Below, piece by piece: positions 1 to 57,830 of a DNA stretch of 64,000 nucleotides. Where the stretch lies: positions 68,696,001 through 68,760,000 of the forward strand of contig NC_087448.1 in assembly GCF_036321535.1 (NCBI RefSeq), written 5' to 3'. The stretch comes from Camelus dromedarius. Taxonomy: Eukaryota. Below the pieces are notes generated by a model, which made no database searches, had not been told where the DNA came from, and worked only from the letters and a program-made list of their open reading frames with translations. Positions within the stretch are counted from its first letter, which is position 1. The number at the start of each line of letters is the position of its first letter. Position numbers and translations under genes: made by a program.

Positions 1-345
1 GTCAAAAATCAAGGGGTCAGCAGGGCCGTGCTCCCTCCAAAGCCTTGAGGGCAGGACCCTTCCTTGCTGCTTCCTCCTTCGGGGAGTCCCGAGCATCCTT
101 GGCTTGTGGCAGCATCACTCCAGGCTCTGCCTCTTCAGGTGGCCAGCCTCCCTGTTCTACCAGTGTAGAGGCTTCCCTCCTCTTAAGGACACCAGTCAAT
201 GGGATTGGGGCCCACCCTAATCCAGTATGTCCTCATCTTAACCTGGCGACATCTCCAAAGACTATTTCCAAACAAGGTCTCATTCACAGATACTACAGGT
301 GAGGAATTCACCTATCCTTTTGGGAGACACAATTTAACTCACAAC
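1..345 (-). mobile_element. ERVL-MaLR LTR (MLT1-type), cut by the window edge
   Basis: Resembles the recalled MLT1 reverse strand: aaaatcaagg..cagcagggcc, aaggacaccagtca..gggcccaccctaatccag, ending gacacaatt..cacaaca. Confidence 0.85.
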
Positions 346-720
346 AGTCTGCCTTCTGGTTCCCCAAATTCATGTCCTTCCCCCATGCAAAATACATTCC
401 GCCATCTTGAGATCCCCAAAAGTCTTAATTTCAGCATCAACTCTAAGTCCAAAAATCTCACCCGAATATCATCAACCCCATCATCTGGATCATTCAGGTC
501 AGTTACAGGTGAGACCTACTGTGCGAATCATCCAGGGGGAACATTCTCCTCCAGCTGTGAGCTTGTGGAGCCAGACAAGAAGTTGTCTGCTTCCAAGTAC
601 GATGGTGGGATGAGCACGGGACAGACGGTCCCAATCCAAGAGGGAGCAACAGGAAGGAAAAACAAAGGATCCCGGGTTCCAAACAAGCCCAAACCCAGCA
701 GGGCAAATTCCATTTGATTT
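346..720 (-). mobile_element. MaLR internal-region fragment abutting the LTR
   Basis: ccccaaattcatgtcctt..catgcaaaatacatt..ccaaaagtcttaa..ccagctgtgagc..cccagcagggcaaattccat resembles MLT1/MST internal sequence. Confidence 0.75.
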
Positions 721-889
721 CTTGTGCTGTTTACCTTCCAAATCTTTTTTAAGTGAGTTACGCCAGAGAAAAAGTGGCAGAGCACAGAGACCAGAGTTCC
801 AGTCGGCAGCACAAGGCGAGATACAGATGCTAAGAGGTGGGTGAAAGGGATGCGACCCCTCAGGCCACACTGGAGGGAACTTTCTTGTT

Positions 890-1095
890 CAGACAGGTAC
901 CATTCACTTCCCTTTCTTCCAGTGAAAGTGTCCCAATGTCCACTCTCAGGCCCAGTCTTTCAGGTAGTGTAGACGCTACAGGCTGGGGTGCATACGGGGT
1001 TCAGTCCTAGCAAATCAGAATAGTATCTCCTGTCCACGGTGACTACTTCAAGATGGTGCCCCAACCAGTTAGAGCCAATGAGATGCAGTTGGCGG
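890..1095. mobile_element. LTR16-like ERVL LTR remnant
   Basis: ccattcacttccctttcttcc..ccactctcag..aatcagaa..ccacggtga..gccaatgaga pattern; recalled similarity only. Confidence 0.5.
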
Positions 1096-1099
1096 CACC

Positions 1100-1237
1100 A
1101 GTTTACATCCCCACTGGCAGTATCGGGGGGGTTCCCTTTTCTCCACACCGTCCCCAGCATTTGTTATTGCAGACTTTTTAATGATGGTCATTCTGACCGG
1201 CGTGAGGTGGTACTTCATTGTAGTTTTTATTTGCATG
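1100..1237 (-). mobile_element. L1 fragment (ORF2 end / 3' region)
   Basis: gtttacatcccac..ttctccacacc..atggtcattctgaccggcgtgaggtggtacttcattgtagtttt..atttgcat. Confidence 0.85.
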
Positions 1238-1451
1238 GAAATATACATAAATAATTTGTTTACAGGTGTTTGATTGGCCTTCCTTAATTAATGTTTCTTC
1301 TAGACTAGAGCCAGGGCTGGGATGAAGCAAATGAGCCTCCCCAGGTCCCAAGCTTGCCTTGGTGCCCGACTTTGGCCAGCAACAGACTGATCAGTTTATT
1401 TATTGAGCCAGAGTGTCCTTACCCTTGGCTTTTTTTGCTCCTGTATACTTT

Positions 1452-1622
1452 ACTTTTATTTATTGAAGTACAGTCAGTTACAATGTGTCAATTTCTGGTG
1501 TACAGCACCCCATCTCAGAAATCCATATCCACACATACATTCGTTTTCATATGTTTTCATTATAGGTGACTAGAGATACTGAATATAGTTCCCTGTGCTC
1601 TGCAGAAGAAATTTGTGTTTTT
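1452..1622 (-). mobile_element. Recent artiodactyl/camelid-type L1 3' end
   Basis: ttattgaagtacagtcagttacaatgtgtcaatttctggtgtacagc..gaatatagttccctgtgct; related copies at 24131 and 63864. Confidence 0.85.
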
Positions 1623-3344
1623 ATTCTTTGGCTTTTTTGAATTGTAATTAGCCAAGCTGCTTTTCCTCAGTGCAGAGCCTGGCTTTGTTATGAAAAAGAG
1701 AAACGCCTGTGCTAACCCTCGTCTACTTAGGATCACAACCTCACAGGTGTGGTTTCATAGGTTTTTATGGGGAAAAGTACAATTTATGACCAGACATAGG
1801 ATTCAAACTTTTATAAAATTCTTTTTTTGTGGGGTGAATATAGAAGATAAGATGTAAAATGTGTTTTAAAGTGCTTGGAAAGGACAAAGCTGACTGGCAG
1901 AGGTGCAGGGGGTGGCGTGCGACGATCTCCCACGGGTTGTCTGGGAATCGGGTCTGCAGCTTTAACTAGCCCGGCTCCGAGACACAAGACACCTGGTTAA
2001 CTCAGCATTCATCATTCCTTCAGGGTGTTTATAGGCTTCAAGGTTGGCAGTAAAAATGATTAGGTACCTTTATGTAAAAACCATTTTGGGCTAAAGAGAG
2101 ACTCTCAGATTTGAGACTCCTCTTAAAAAGTGTGACAAAAATCAGCATTTTTGTCAAGCAGTATTAATTTCTTTACATGACACATCCAACATCTGTGTAA
2201 GGGCCTGTGGTACAAGCCTGCCAAGTAGGGTGGCCTCCCCCAGGACCAACCAGCTACAGACAATGTGGTGTCAATCACCAGGGAGTTAGGACTTTGGGGA
2301 TTTTAAGTAATTTGAAATCTTTGATGAATAAAATCAGTAGAAAGTGAAATCACTTTGTAGAGAATTGTGTAGGTGCACCATGGGAATTACCTTAACTACG
2401 TTTTAATTATTTATCATTTTTATCACTTGGGCTCTTTCTCTCGACCAGGCTAAACTGAGAACACACTCCACTGAACACCCAACTGTTGTGGGGATGGACA
2501 GGGCAGGGTCAGAAGCCCGCACCACTTGGCCCTCGCTCCTGGCTCTCTGGGGAAGGCTCCCAGGGCTGCTCACTAACCGATGTCAACAGAAGTGGACTCC
2601 ACCCCAGGCCCCAACATGCGGGTGAGATAAAAGGTTCTCTCGGGTGCTGGGCCTTGGCACAGGTCACACCCCGGGGTCCAGGGCACAGAAGCGTCCTTAG
2701 CACAGTCCTCACTGCCCCGGGTTTTCCGTGCTTACCGGCTGGGTGCCGGGGTGTCCGGTTCCCGCAAGAGGCCGAGGCGAGGCCGCAGCAGCAGGCTCCC
2801 TCCCGCTCCACCCCAGCCTCGGGCTGCCCTCCCGTAGGGTCACTCTCTAGGGCCGTCCCAGGTGATCCTTCGATCCGGGTGGACGTCGGGCGGACACCGG
2901 GAGGGCGCAGTCCGCACCCCTCCACCCATGGCTTACTCTCACCTCCTCTGCCCTCCCGCCCCAGGTTCCACCCCTCACCCCGTCGGTTTGATGGAATCCC
3001 CCCATCCCAGGAACTGCGTTGTCGATTATATCATCCATCACTACGCGTTTACAGTCAATGGATGCAGGTTCACCGACAGTTTTGGCCGCCAGGCTGGGAC
3101 GTGCAGTCGCAGCGCACAGGTACCGCAAGCCCTGGGGCGGAGACCGACGGGGGTGGCGCGTCCGGGCCAGGTGTGCGAGGAAGCCGGGCGCCCGCCGCGC
3201 AGTGTTCCCGGAGGCTTAGGCCACGTGGGAGGGTGGGGCGACCCTGCGGTTCCTCCTCCATGCCCCCGGGGGCGCTGCAAGCGGCGGCTCCGGAAGGCGG
3301 GGACGACGCTCTTGCCCCGGGGACGCCGACGAGCGCTCGCCCTG

Positions 3345-3382
3345 CGACCTCGACCTCTTCCCGGAAGCGCGAGGTCACGTGG
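3345..3382 (+). promoter_or_regulatory. Core promoter motif cluster: CGACCT x2, TTCCCGGAA (GAS) overlapping CCGGAAG (ETS/GABP), AGGTCA overlapping GTCACGTGG (E-box)
   Basis: Motifs read directly about 100-135 nt upstream of the ATG; a second CCGGAAG lies at 3290-3296. Confidence 0.6.
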
Positions 3383-3479
3383 CGCGAGGGCGGCTGCCGT
3401 GGAAACGCGGCGCGCGCTCTGGCGAGGCTGCGGGGCGGTTCGCGGGACTCGCGGCGCCGGGGCGCTGCTGCGGGGCGCG

Positions 3480-49794
<46,315 letters not shown>

Positions 49795-52700
49795 GTGAGC
49801 CTGGCGTTCCGACCCTGCGTGTGCCATTGAATCTGTCCAGTTGTGACCCTGAAGTCCTCTCCCTCCCGTGAGGCTTCCTGCGACTGTGGGGCAGATGCTC
49901 TGGGTGCCTGGTGCTTCACCGCCCCCAGCCATCCGTCCACGTGTGCTTATTTCCCTCCTGCCAGCGGTGGGGGGCGGGGGTGTAAACAAGGCCATTGGCG
50001 TCATTCTTTGTGCGTTATTCTTCTATAAAGAGAAGAATAGCGACCTGAGACCATCCCCACTGCAGAGGCAGTCAGCACTGAGTGAGGACCTCGCTGGCTC
50101 AGGGGTTTTGACGTGTGTGGCATCTCCCTGTGTCCAGTGCCCTGTCGGACAGAGAGCTGGTGCATTGTGACCCTTTGCTGAGTACTAGATGCCAGACTCT
50201 AGCAAGTGGCTTTGCTGGAAAATCTCTCTCACAATAGCCCTGTAACTGGATGGCTTCCCATTTTGGGGGCCCATGTTGAGGCTGGTCCCCATGGTGTGTC
50301 TCGCTGGTGGCCAGGGGGGCAATCAGCGACGGTGCTGGGATTCAGACCCAGCCCCAAGGTCGAGTGTTTTCACGGCCCAGAGACCGGGGAGACTGTGGTG
50401 GGGGCTCCCACAGGGCGACAGTGTGTCTCCGTCCCTCGGGACCTCAGGTCAGGATGGAGATGCCTCAGCATGGCTGCAGGTGGCTGCTGGGGAGAGGGCC
50501 TGACATCGTCCCCCCGTTTCTCAGCTCTGTTCCTCTTCAGGTTCACCTTCTTCTCCTGGAGGCGTGGTGGCCACCAAAAGGTCAGCCTTCATCTCTTTTC
50601 AGCCTGGCCGTCCGCTGGGAGGGGAGCTGATTTGGAAGTGCGCTGCACGCCGCAGCGCGCCCAGTAAGCATGGTCTGACTTGTGGTGGTGCTGGGCTCCG
50701 GCCCGTGCTGGGCACAGAGCGCCAGTTAATCAGCAGATAGAACCGCCCGCTGGGCCTTGGGGCCCTGACCGTCACGCGTGTGCGGGAGGGGCTGGCACGT
50801 CTCAGACAAGTGAAGAGCTGGAGTTTTGTCTTCCTCATGACCCCCCCCACCCCGGCAGTTCCCGTTGTCTCAGACGTGTCGTCGTCTGGGGCGTGGACTG
50901 CTGGTCACGCTGCCCACTCTGACCGTGTGTGTCGTCCCGGTGCTGGGTGCTGCTCTGTGTGTGGGTCATCTGTGTGAGGGAAGCTCTGTAACGATCAGAG
51001 CGGCCTCCCTGTTCATCGGTGTGCTCACTCATGATAGCAGTGCCTTGATTCTAGGAGCGTCCCCCAGTTGACAGAGCGATGCCTGATTCACGGGCTCTTG
51101 TGCTTGCGAGGTGCTGCACTCATTTTACGTTCTTCTTTGCTTGGCACTAAAATCCATGTGACTTAACTCCATGTAGTTAGAGCATGACCAGAAGGCAGTA
51201 AAGGGGTCCGATAAGCTGGGAGGGGCGGCCACAGAGCATCAGTGGGCGCGGCACCTGTGGCTTGAGGGGCTGTCCGTGCGGGAGGGGTGCACTTGGTGAG
51301 ACACGAATGCAGGAGGCGTGGCTGCTTCATGGGGCAAGGGGTGCAAAGGAGGGTTCAGTTTGAGGTGATGATGGAATGCGCAGGCTCCTGTGAGTGACTG
51401 GACCCACGGGGCCGGAGCACGGGGCTGGGGCGTCACTCGCCCATGGAGAGAGGATGCTGTGCGCTCTGGCCAGGGACGGCGCCGAGCGGGAGAGCGTGCT
51501 GGGTGGGATGAGGGGACATCCCGGGGACAGCCGGGAGGGGTGCTGGAGCCACGGGCACCCACTGTCAGCCAGTGTGGGTGGGGAAGAGCTTCGAGCTGGA
51601 ACAACTTTTTTTGTTTCTCCTGCTACAGCAGTGTAGTGCTTTGCCCTCTGCTGCTATTTTGGGGTTACACTGACTATATGGCAGCTTGGAACGTTGTTTG
51701 TAGAACCTCTCTGTGGCTGTGAGTTCTGAGTTCCCGGATAACAGAATAATAAATAAGCCTTTAGCATATGGCTTACATGTCATTTGCGGGCTCCCCAGCC
51801 TGAAATTGCTCGAGTCTTGGAACAGACTCTTCAGCTGATGCTGCCTTGTCACAACTGTGTGCGCGGAGGAGAGTGACCTCTGACTCACCGGTTGGGAGGT
51901 GGAGGCAGCCAGTGGCGAGCCGGGCTGTTGGCCCTGTGTGCCCGCCCCGACCAGCCTTCCGGCAGACCTGGCCGCGGGGACGGGCGGCGGGTGGGGGGGA
52001 GCACTCCTGTGCCGGGCTTCACTTCAGCTCCTCGGTGGTCTCCAGAGAAGGCCGCTGACACCGCCACCTGCCATGAGACGATGTTGCTGCGCACAATGTT
52101 TGGCTGTTAAGACCTGGTTTATTGCTGCTGGAGTTTATTTTCTGTCCTGTTCACTTAACAGTCCATTTTGAAGAACTCCTTTCTTTAAAATATATATGCG
52201 AGTGTGGGTAGAAATCCAGGTAGATACCTGGCATTTGTGCCTTCAAGCAGATTAAGAATTATGTTTTTATATCTTTAGTTTTAAATGTATATTTCAGAGC
52301 TTTTCACGGGCGATGTCACAGCCCGTGACGGTTGTTCATGTAAGATCGCGTCTTGGCTTACTGACTTTCGGTGGCAGGAGGGCTTGACGATTTTATTTTA
52401 AAAACTGTAATTTTAGGTTCACTGATAAAACTCCAAGATAGGAAGTACTGACTGTTGAGTGACTTCCACCCTCCAGATTAAAAGATCAGATTCTTTCCAA
52501 TTAGTTATTTTTAAAGCAAGCCTTGTGAGAGGAAGTGGGACCTCACGGGGGTCTCGATCTGGACATGCGAGGCCTGCTCTCGACCTAGGTTGTCCCTGCC
52601 TCCCACTTGCTTGGATGTTGGTTCACAGAATGGCACAAAGGTCTCTTTTTTCCGTGTATAAAAAATACTGTCTGCTAAACAGTACAGCTGGACCCCAGAG

Positions 52701-54929
52701 TGGTTAGAAGTGCAGCATTCTCTCTCCAGAGAATGCGGCTTAGGTTATTTGGTAAAAATCCCCATTTCTCCTCTGGAGGTTGTTCCCCTGGGGGAGCTCT
52801 GTTTCCTCCTATTCTTGTGCCCTGGCTCTTGTACAAATGAAAACACTCTCCTGGGAGGCAAAGGCATGCCCGGGTGGCACCGTTTGGAGGATCTGTTGTT
52901 GCTAAGCAAATGTTCAATTAAACAAAACAATATTTATTTTTGTCTTTATCCCCAATACCGAGACCATATGGTGCATATCCAGAAGAACCTAAGTGGTTAA
53001 TTGCATGTTAAATTCCTTTCCTCTTGGGCTGCGTAAACAACTGAGAAAACATTTACCTTCTCTGTCATGCTGGATTTATTTATGACTTTGTAACTCAAAC
53101 ACAGAAGTGTTATAAATTGAAACTTTAATCTCATGATTGACTCATTTTCTAAAAATTTATGTGGTTTCAGTTTGTGGGACAGCTGCAGCCCGAGATTTCA
53201 CTGATTTAAAACTGAGGAAATTACATGACCGCCCGGCTGTTTTTATAGCAAAGCCCTTGGAGCCACGTCACTGACTGTCATTTTTGCCCTGGTTTTCATG
53301 ACGAGTGCAGCGCCCTTTTTTCCCCTCCTTTTTCTGTCTGCAATTTCACATAGGCTAGAGATAATGAAATAAAAACCCAGGCTATTCGTTCTTCACCAGG
53401 TAAACATTGCATTTTAAACAATATAGGTGTGTCTTTGAGATTTGAGGCTGTTTACATTTCCAGAGGCTTCCGCCCTGGCGACTCCTGGGTGAGTCACGAT
53501 CCGGTGCGCCGTGATTGTGGGCAGGACGCATGGAGCTCGGTGCCGGGTGTCGGGGCCCTGAGGCCTCGTTCCAGCGGTTGTCACCTCATGTGTGGGACCC
53601 GGGCGACCAGCCCTGTGGGGAGCTGACGCGCGTCAGCTGAGCGATGTGGGCTTCGCACTTGACTGCGTGCGAGCCGGGCCTGAAGCGGTGAGCGCAGAAG
53701 GGCTGCAGGTGCAGTCTCCCTCCCCCTCTGGCCCATCCCCGCCCCCAGTCACTCCCAGGACCACAGAGGGGACTGACCCCTCAGCTGATGCGCCTCCCCC
53801 TCCGGGAAACACCGCGCTTCACCTGCTTGTGCCTCACGCGGAAGCTGTCATGGGACCTGCACTCCTGTGTTGTTGGTGACCTAGGGGAGAACAGTCTTTG
53901 GAGCCGAGGGAGCAAAGGACAGTGCGTGGGTGTCAGGAGGAAACAGGAGGTGCTTGGAGCCGGGGAGCACGGGCCGCTCCCTCATTGTAGTTTGTGTGTG
54001 AGAAATAACACACACAGGCCGGAGGGAGGGCTCTTTGAAGACTGAAGAGACTGATGCCGGAGAGCGAAGGGGACGGGCCGGAGGCGGTGCGGGAGAGGGC
54101 AGCCTCGGTGGGAGTGGAGACAGAGCAGCACTGAGGGTCTTCGGGAAGGAGGGACCCCAGACGCGCCGGCGCCAGAGGAGGGGACAGCCCTGTGGGATGG
54201 CCGGGGACCTGTGGAGGTAGGATTCTCAGCTGAGACCCCGGTTTCTGTTAGAACAAACAGTGAAGGGGGTGGTCAGAGACAGATGACAGTACAGGTGCTT
54301 TGCTGACAGCGGAATTTCAGAAAGCAGTGGGGAGAAGAGGACAGAAGGTGGGATCCCAGAGTGTTGTGTGGCCCTGGTAGCGCGGGGCAGACGGTGCTGC
54401 TGGAGCTGGGGGGCAGCCCGTGGGGGCCGGCCGAGAGGGGCGGGAGCTGCGGGGTTTCCACACTGTTTGCAGGGTGGGGGGTGGTTCTCCCATGTGTGTG
54501 TGTGCGTGTGCGTGTTCGTTCCTGACACTCCGGGCAGTGCAGAGGCAGGATGCCCGCAGTTCTGTGTGGAAGCTGAGAACTTAGGTCCCCACTGTCTTTT
54601 GTCTCTAACGTTTCCCGAGGGTCTCTCTGTCTGAGGCAGCCACACGCAGGGCAGACAGTGTGCTGAGCCGGCCCGCAGGGGGCTGCGGCCCCCCTTCCGC
54701 AGGGGTTCCCTGTGTGCTGTCCGTCCTCTTGCCCCGAGACCTGCCCCCCAGGCCTGATCTCCCAGCCCCACTCAGGTTCGAGGTTCTGAACCCGCTCTTC
54801 AGACCCTGGGAGGACTGCAGGCAGCCCCGTGGACGTGTGCACCCGATGCTCTGTCCGTGAAACACACCCCTGAGGGTGGGGCCCTGGCAGTGGATTCCCA
54901 GAGCGCGCCGCAGAGTTAAATCAGATCGC

Positions 54930-56300
54930 TTTCCCTTGACAATCCTGATCTGACTTTAATTTCTGCCAGCCTGATAGACCACAAATACAGTAACTTATTT
55001 TTGCTTGTAATTATTTTATTACTAGTAAGATCAACGTCTTCCTTGTGGTATGTTTCCATCTTTATGGGGGCGACGGGGTAAATTATTTTTTGTCATTTTC
55101 TCATGTTCATCTTTTTATTTTTGTAGGGATGTTAATCTTTCATCCATTTTGTAATAAATCCCCCATCTTGTTATTTATCTTTCAACTTGTATAATTTCTA
55201 ACCTTCAGAATGTTGTGTTTTTGTTCGTTTGCTGGATGGTGGTGGTGGCTTTGAGTTAAATCCGTCAGGCTGTTCTTGCTGTTTCCTGTCACGCTTGAAA
55301 AGAGCTTGCTGGCCTGAGAGTATTTACACTTCTGTCCATATTTTCTTCTAGTACTTTTATGGTTTTATTTTTAACTTTTACATCTTTGATGATTTAAGTT
55401 TATCACAGTGTAAGGTATGAGATTTTTTTTTCAAGATGTCTCTCGGTTTTATTTTAACTTAATCCCTGTGAATGCTTCACAGAAACATACACATAGAAGC
55501 AAATAAAACTATACAAACTAAATATCCAGCAGATACAACAAGTAGTCAGAAGGTCTAAGATGGACAGCTGTTAGGTGGCTGATGAGGTTGTTTGCATATT
55601 TTAAACAATCAACTTGTAATAAATAAATACTTTTAAAACATATAAAAGAAATTGGTAATCTGTAAAACAGTTGAATGGGTAGCATGCATTGATCAGCACA
55701 CAGTGACCAGTAATATTTATTGAGTTCAAACTATTTACTGTTGTAAACATCAAACAAAAGCATTATGGAATCTTAACTGGCTTTTACTTTTTCTAATTGG
55801 TTTTTGAAAAATCCACTTTCCCTGCTGATTTGGAAAGGCCTCCTTTGTGAGAGGCTGAGTTTCACATGGAAGACTTGTGTCTACTTACTTCAGGCCTCCT
55901 GCCCGGGCTGGACAGCCATTAGTGGAGTTTTTTTGACGGTCGGTTGTTTTTTTGTTTGGAGCAGGGATGCCCCTGCTCTGTTGCATCGTCTTCCTGTGCC
56001 GTGTTCCTCTGACACGCACCTTAGACATGTTGCTAAACGTATTCCTGTTTTATGATTTTGGGGGGCTGTTGTGAGTGGGTCTGTCACCCCCTCCCCACCG
56101 TTTCTGTCTGGTTACCATCGGTACATAGACAGTTCGGTGTTCTCACTTTGTGCTGCCCCTTTTCAGTGTGTCTGTGTCCCTCAGGTCCTTGACTGGTTCA
56201 GGGGCTCAAACTCTCACAATCATGATAAACGATGATGGAGAAGTTACGCATCCTCGTTTTGTCCACGGTTTCAGTGGAGTATTTCTGGCTTGATCTGTGA
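54930..56300 (-). mobile_element. Old L1 ORF2 fragments (interrupted at about 55460-55800)
   Basis: ccatattttcttctagtacttttatggtttta..tttacatctttgat..gtaaggtatga; gcatcctcgttttgtcc..gtttcagtgga. Confidence 0.6.
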
Positions 56301-57629
56301 TCGGAAAGAAAGACAGTACGTGTGTTGGAGAGCCCATTCCAGGATGAAGAGCCGTGCACTCATATTGTGAAGGCCAGAGGGAGGAAGTCAGGTGTGGACA
56401 GGCTGTCGAAGCTGGAGTTCAAGGTAGGGGTTACCAGCATGAGAGACAGAGGGCCCCCTCCCCAGGGGGAGGTGGCCTCCACGTGGTGGACGCTACTGGC
56501 ACGATGTGGTGCAGGGCCCTGGACTCAGACCCTCAGGCGGCTGTGAGGATGGAATGAAAGAGTGCGCCTCGGAAGCACTTAGCCCGGCGCCCGGCACGGT
56601 GAGCACAGACCAGATGTGAGGTGTTCTTGTCCGTTACTGTGGTCAGTGTCGCACATGATTATCAGAAGAGGGGCTTTAAGTGATAAAAACAGTGTGTGGG
56701 AAAGATGCCTTTGTCCCCTGCACGTAGGGTGGGTTAGAGCAGGCGCAGCAAAGGGACCGATTAGAGCAGGTGGGCACCTCTGTGTGCGAGGCTGATCCCT
56801 GCTCCGGGAGGGCAGCCGTTCTCCAGGCCCGAGTCCCTGGAAAAATGCGCCCACAGCCGCTTTCCTGAGCACCGTTACAGCAGGTTCGTGGCCCTGTGGC
56901 AGCTTTCCATGAGCAGCTTATTCGTGTCTGAGGGCATTTTCTCTTGGAGTCGTTCACACGTGGTTAGCAGAAACGCGGGCGCCCCTCTGTGGCTCTCTTC
57001 ACACACACTGTCTTCAGATCCCTGACTGAGTGACGATGCAGTCACTGTCCACATGTGTGTATTTCTCAAGGTCTCAGGGAAGCTTTGAAATACTTGCTGA
57101 TTTATGGAGAGTGAAAATTGAACCAGACTTTCTCAGGATATTTAGAAAAACTCAGACACTTAAAAGCTAAAAATCAAACAATAATTGAAGTGATTTATAC
57201 AGTTTCAGCAGTAACTTTTTCCCACCTAAGCGAGAGCACGGGCTACACAGCCCTTCTTACTCTGCTCAGGCCTTTAAGTGGAAGCGGGCAGGGTGGGGGG
57301 CTCTGTAAGTCAGATGACAGCTGACATGTGTCTCGTAACACGATTTCTAACTCGTTTCCCCTCTTAAAGCTAAGGACGTCCTCTACGATATGAACCCGTC
57401 TTGTGTGGAATTTAAATAAAAGGGAATAAAGAAGTACATAAAAAGACTTGGGCTAACACTGTCCGGCACAGGCCTGAAGTAGAGCGACTGCCTGGGCGCC
57501 TCTGAGATGCGAGCCGGCCGGCTGGCCGCCCCCGGCGTCAGGGAGGGGCAGGCACCCTCGCTGTGGTGGACAGCTGCGGCCGCTGGTCCCAGGAGGCCAC
57601 AGAGCGCTCCCACCCTGACGATTTTCATG

Positions 57630-57830
57630 ACCTCTTATTTGAAATAGTTTAGCCGTAAGTTGCAAACGTTGTCTTCACGTATCCTTACCCCGCTTCCTCA
57701 GGGATAATACCCACTGTGACCCTGGTACCCTGTCCGGTCCGGGCAACGACACTGGTGCCGTCCAGGATCATCTGAATGACTTTCACGTCCGGCATTTGCT
57801 CGTGACCAGGACTCCTGAGCGACAGGAAAG
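57630..57830 (-). mobile_element. L1MD/ME-type 3' end fragment
   Basis: ttattttgaaatagtttag..aagttgcaaa..gtatccttacccc. Confidence 0.5.

Noticed and set aside
199-717. 172-aa ORF
   Set aside because: Spans the MaLR LTR/internal junction on the element's antisense strand; no recognisable domain
1-3300. Search for the 3' end of C1QTNF9, the expected upstream neighbour
   Set aside because: No collagen or C1q-domain coding sequence seen; probably outside the window
2862-3479. Long in-frame 5' extension of exon 1 with ATGs at 2928 and 2991
   Set aside because: Lies upstream of the core promoter motifs and is probably untranscribed; only the proximal GTG at 3399 was kept as a lead
50541-50580. 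40-nt cryptic exon (ttcctcttcag|...aaag|gtcagc)
   Set aside because: Good acceptor but weak donor; similar pairs arise by chance at this scale
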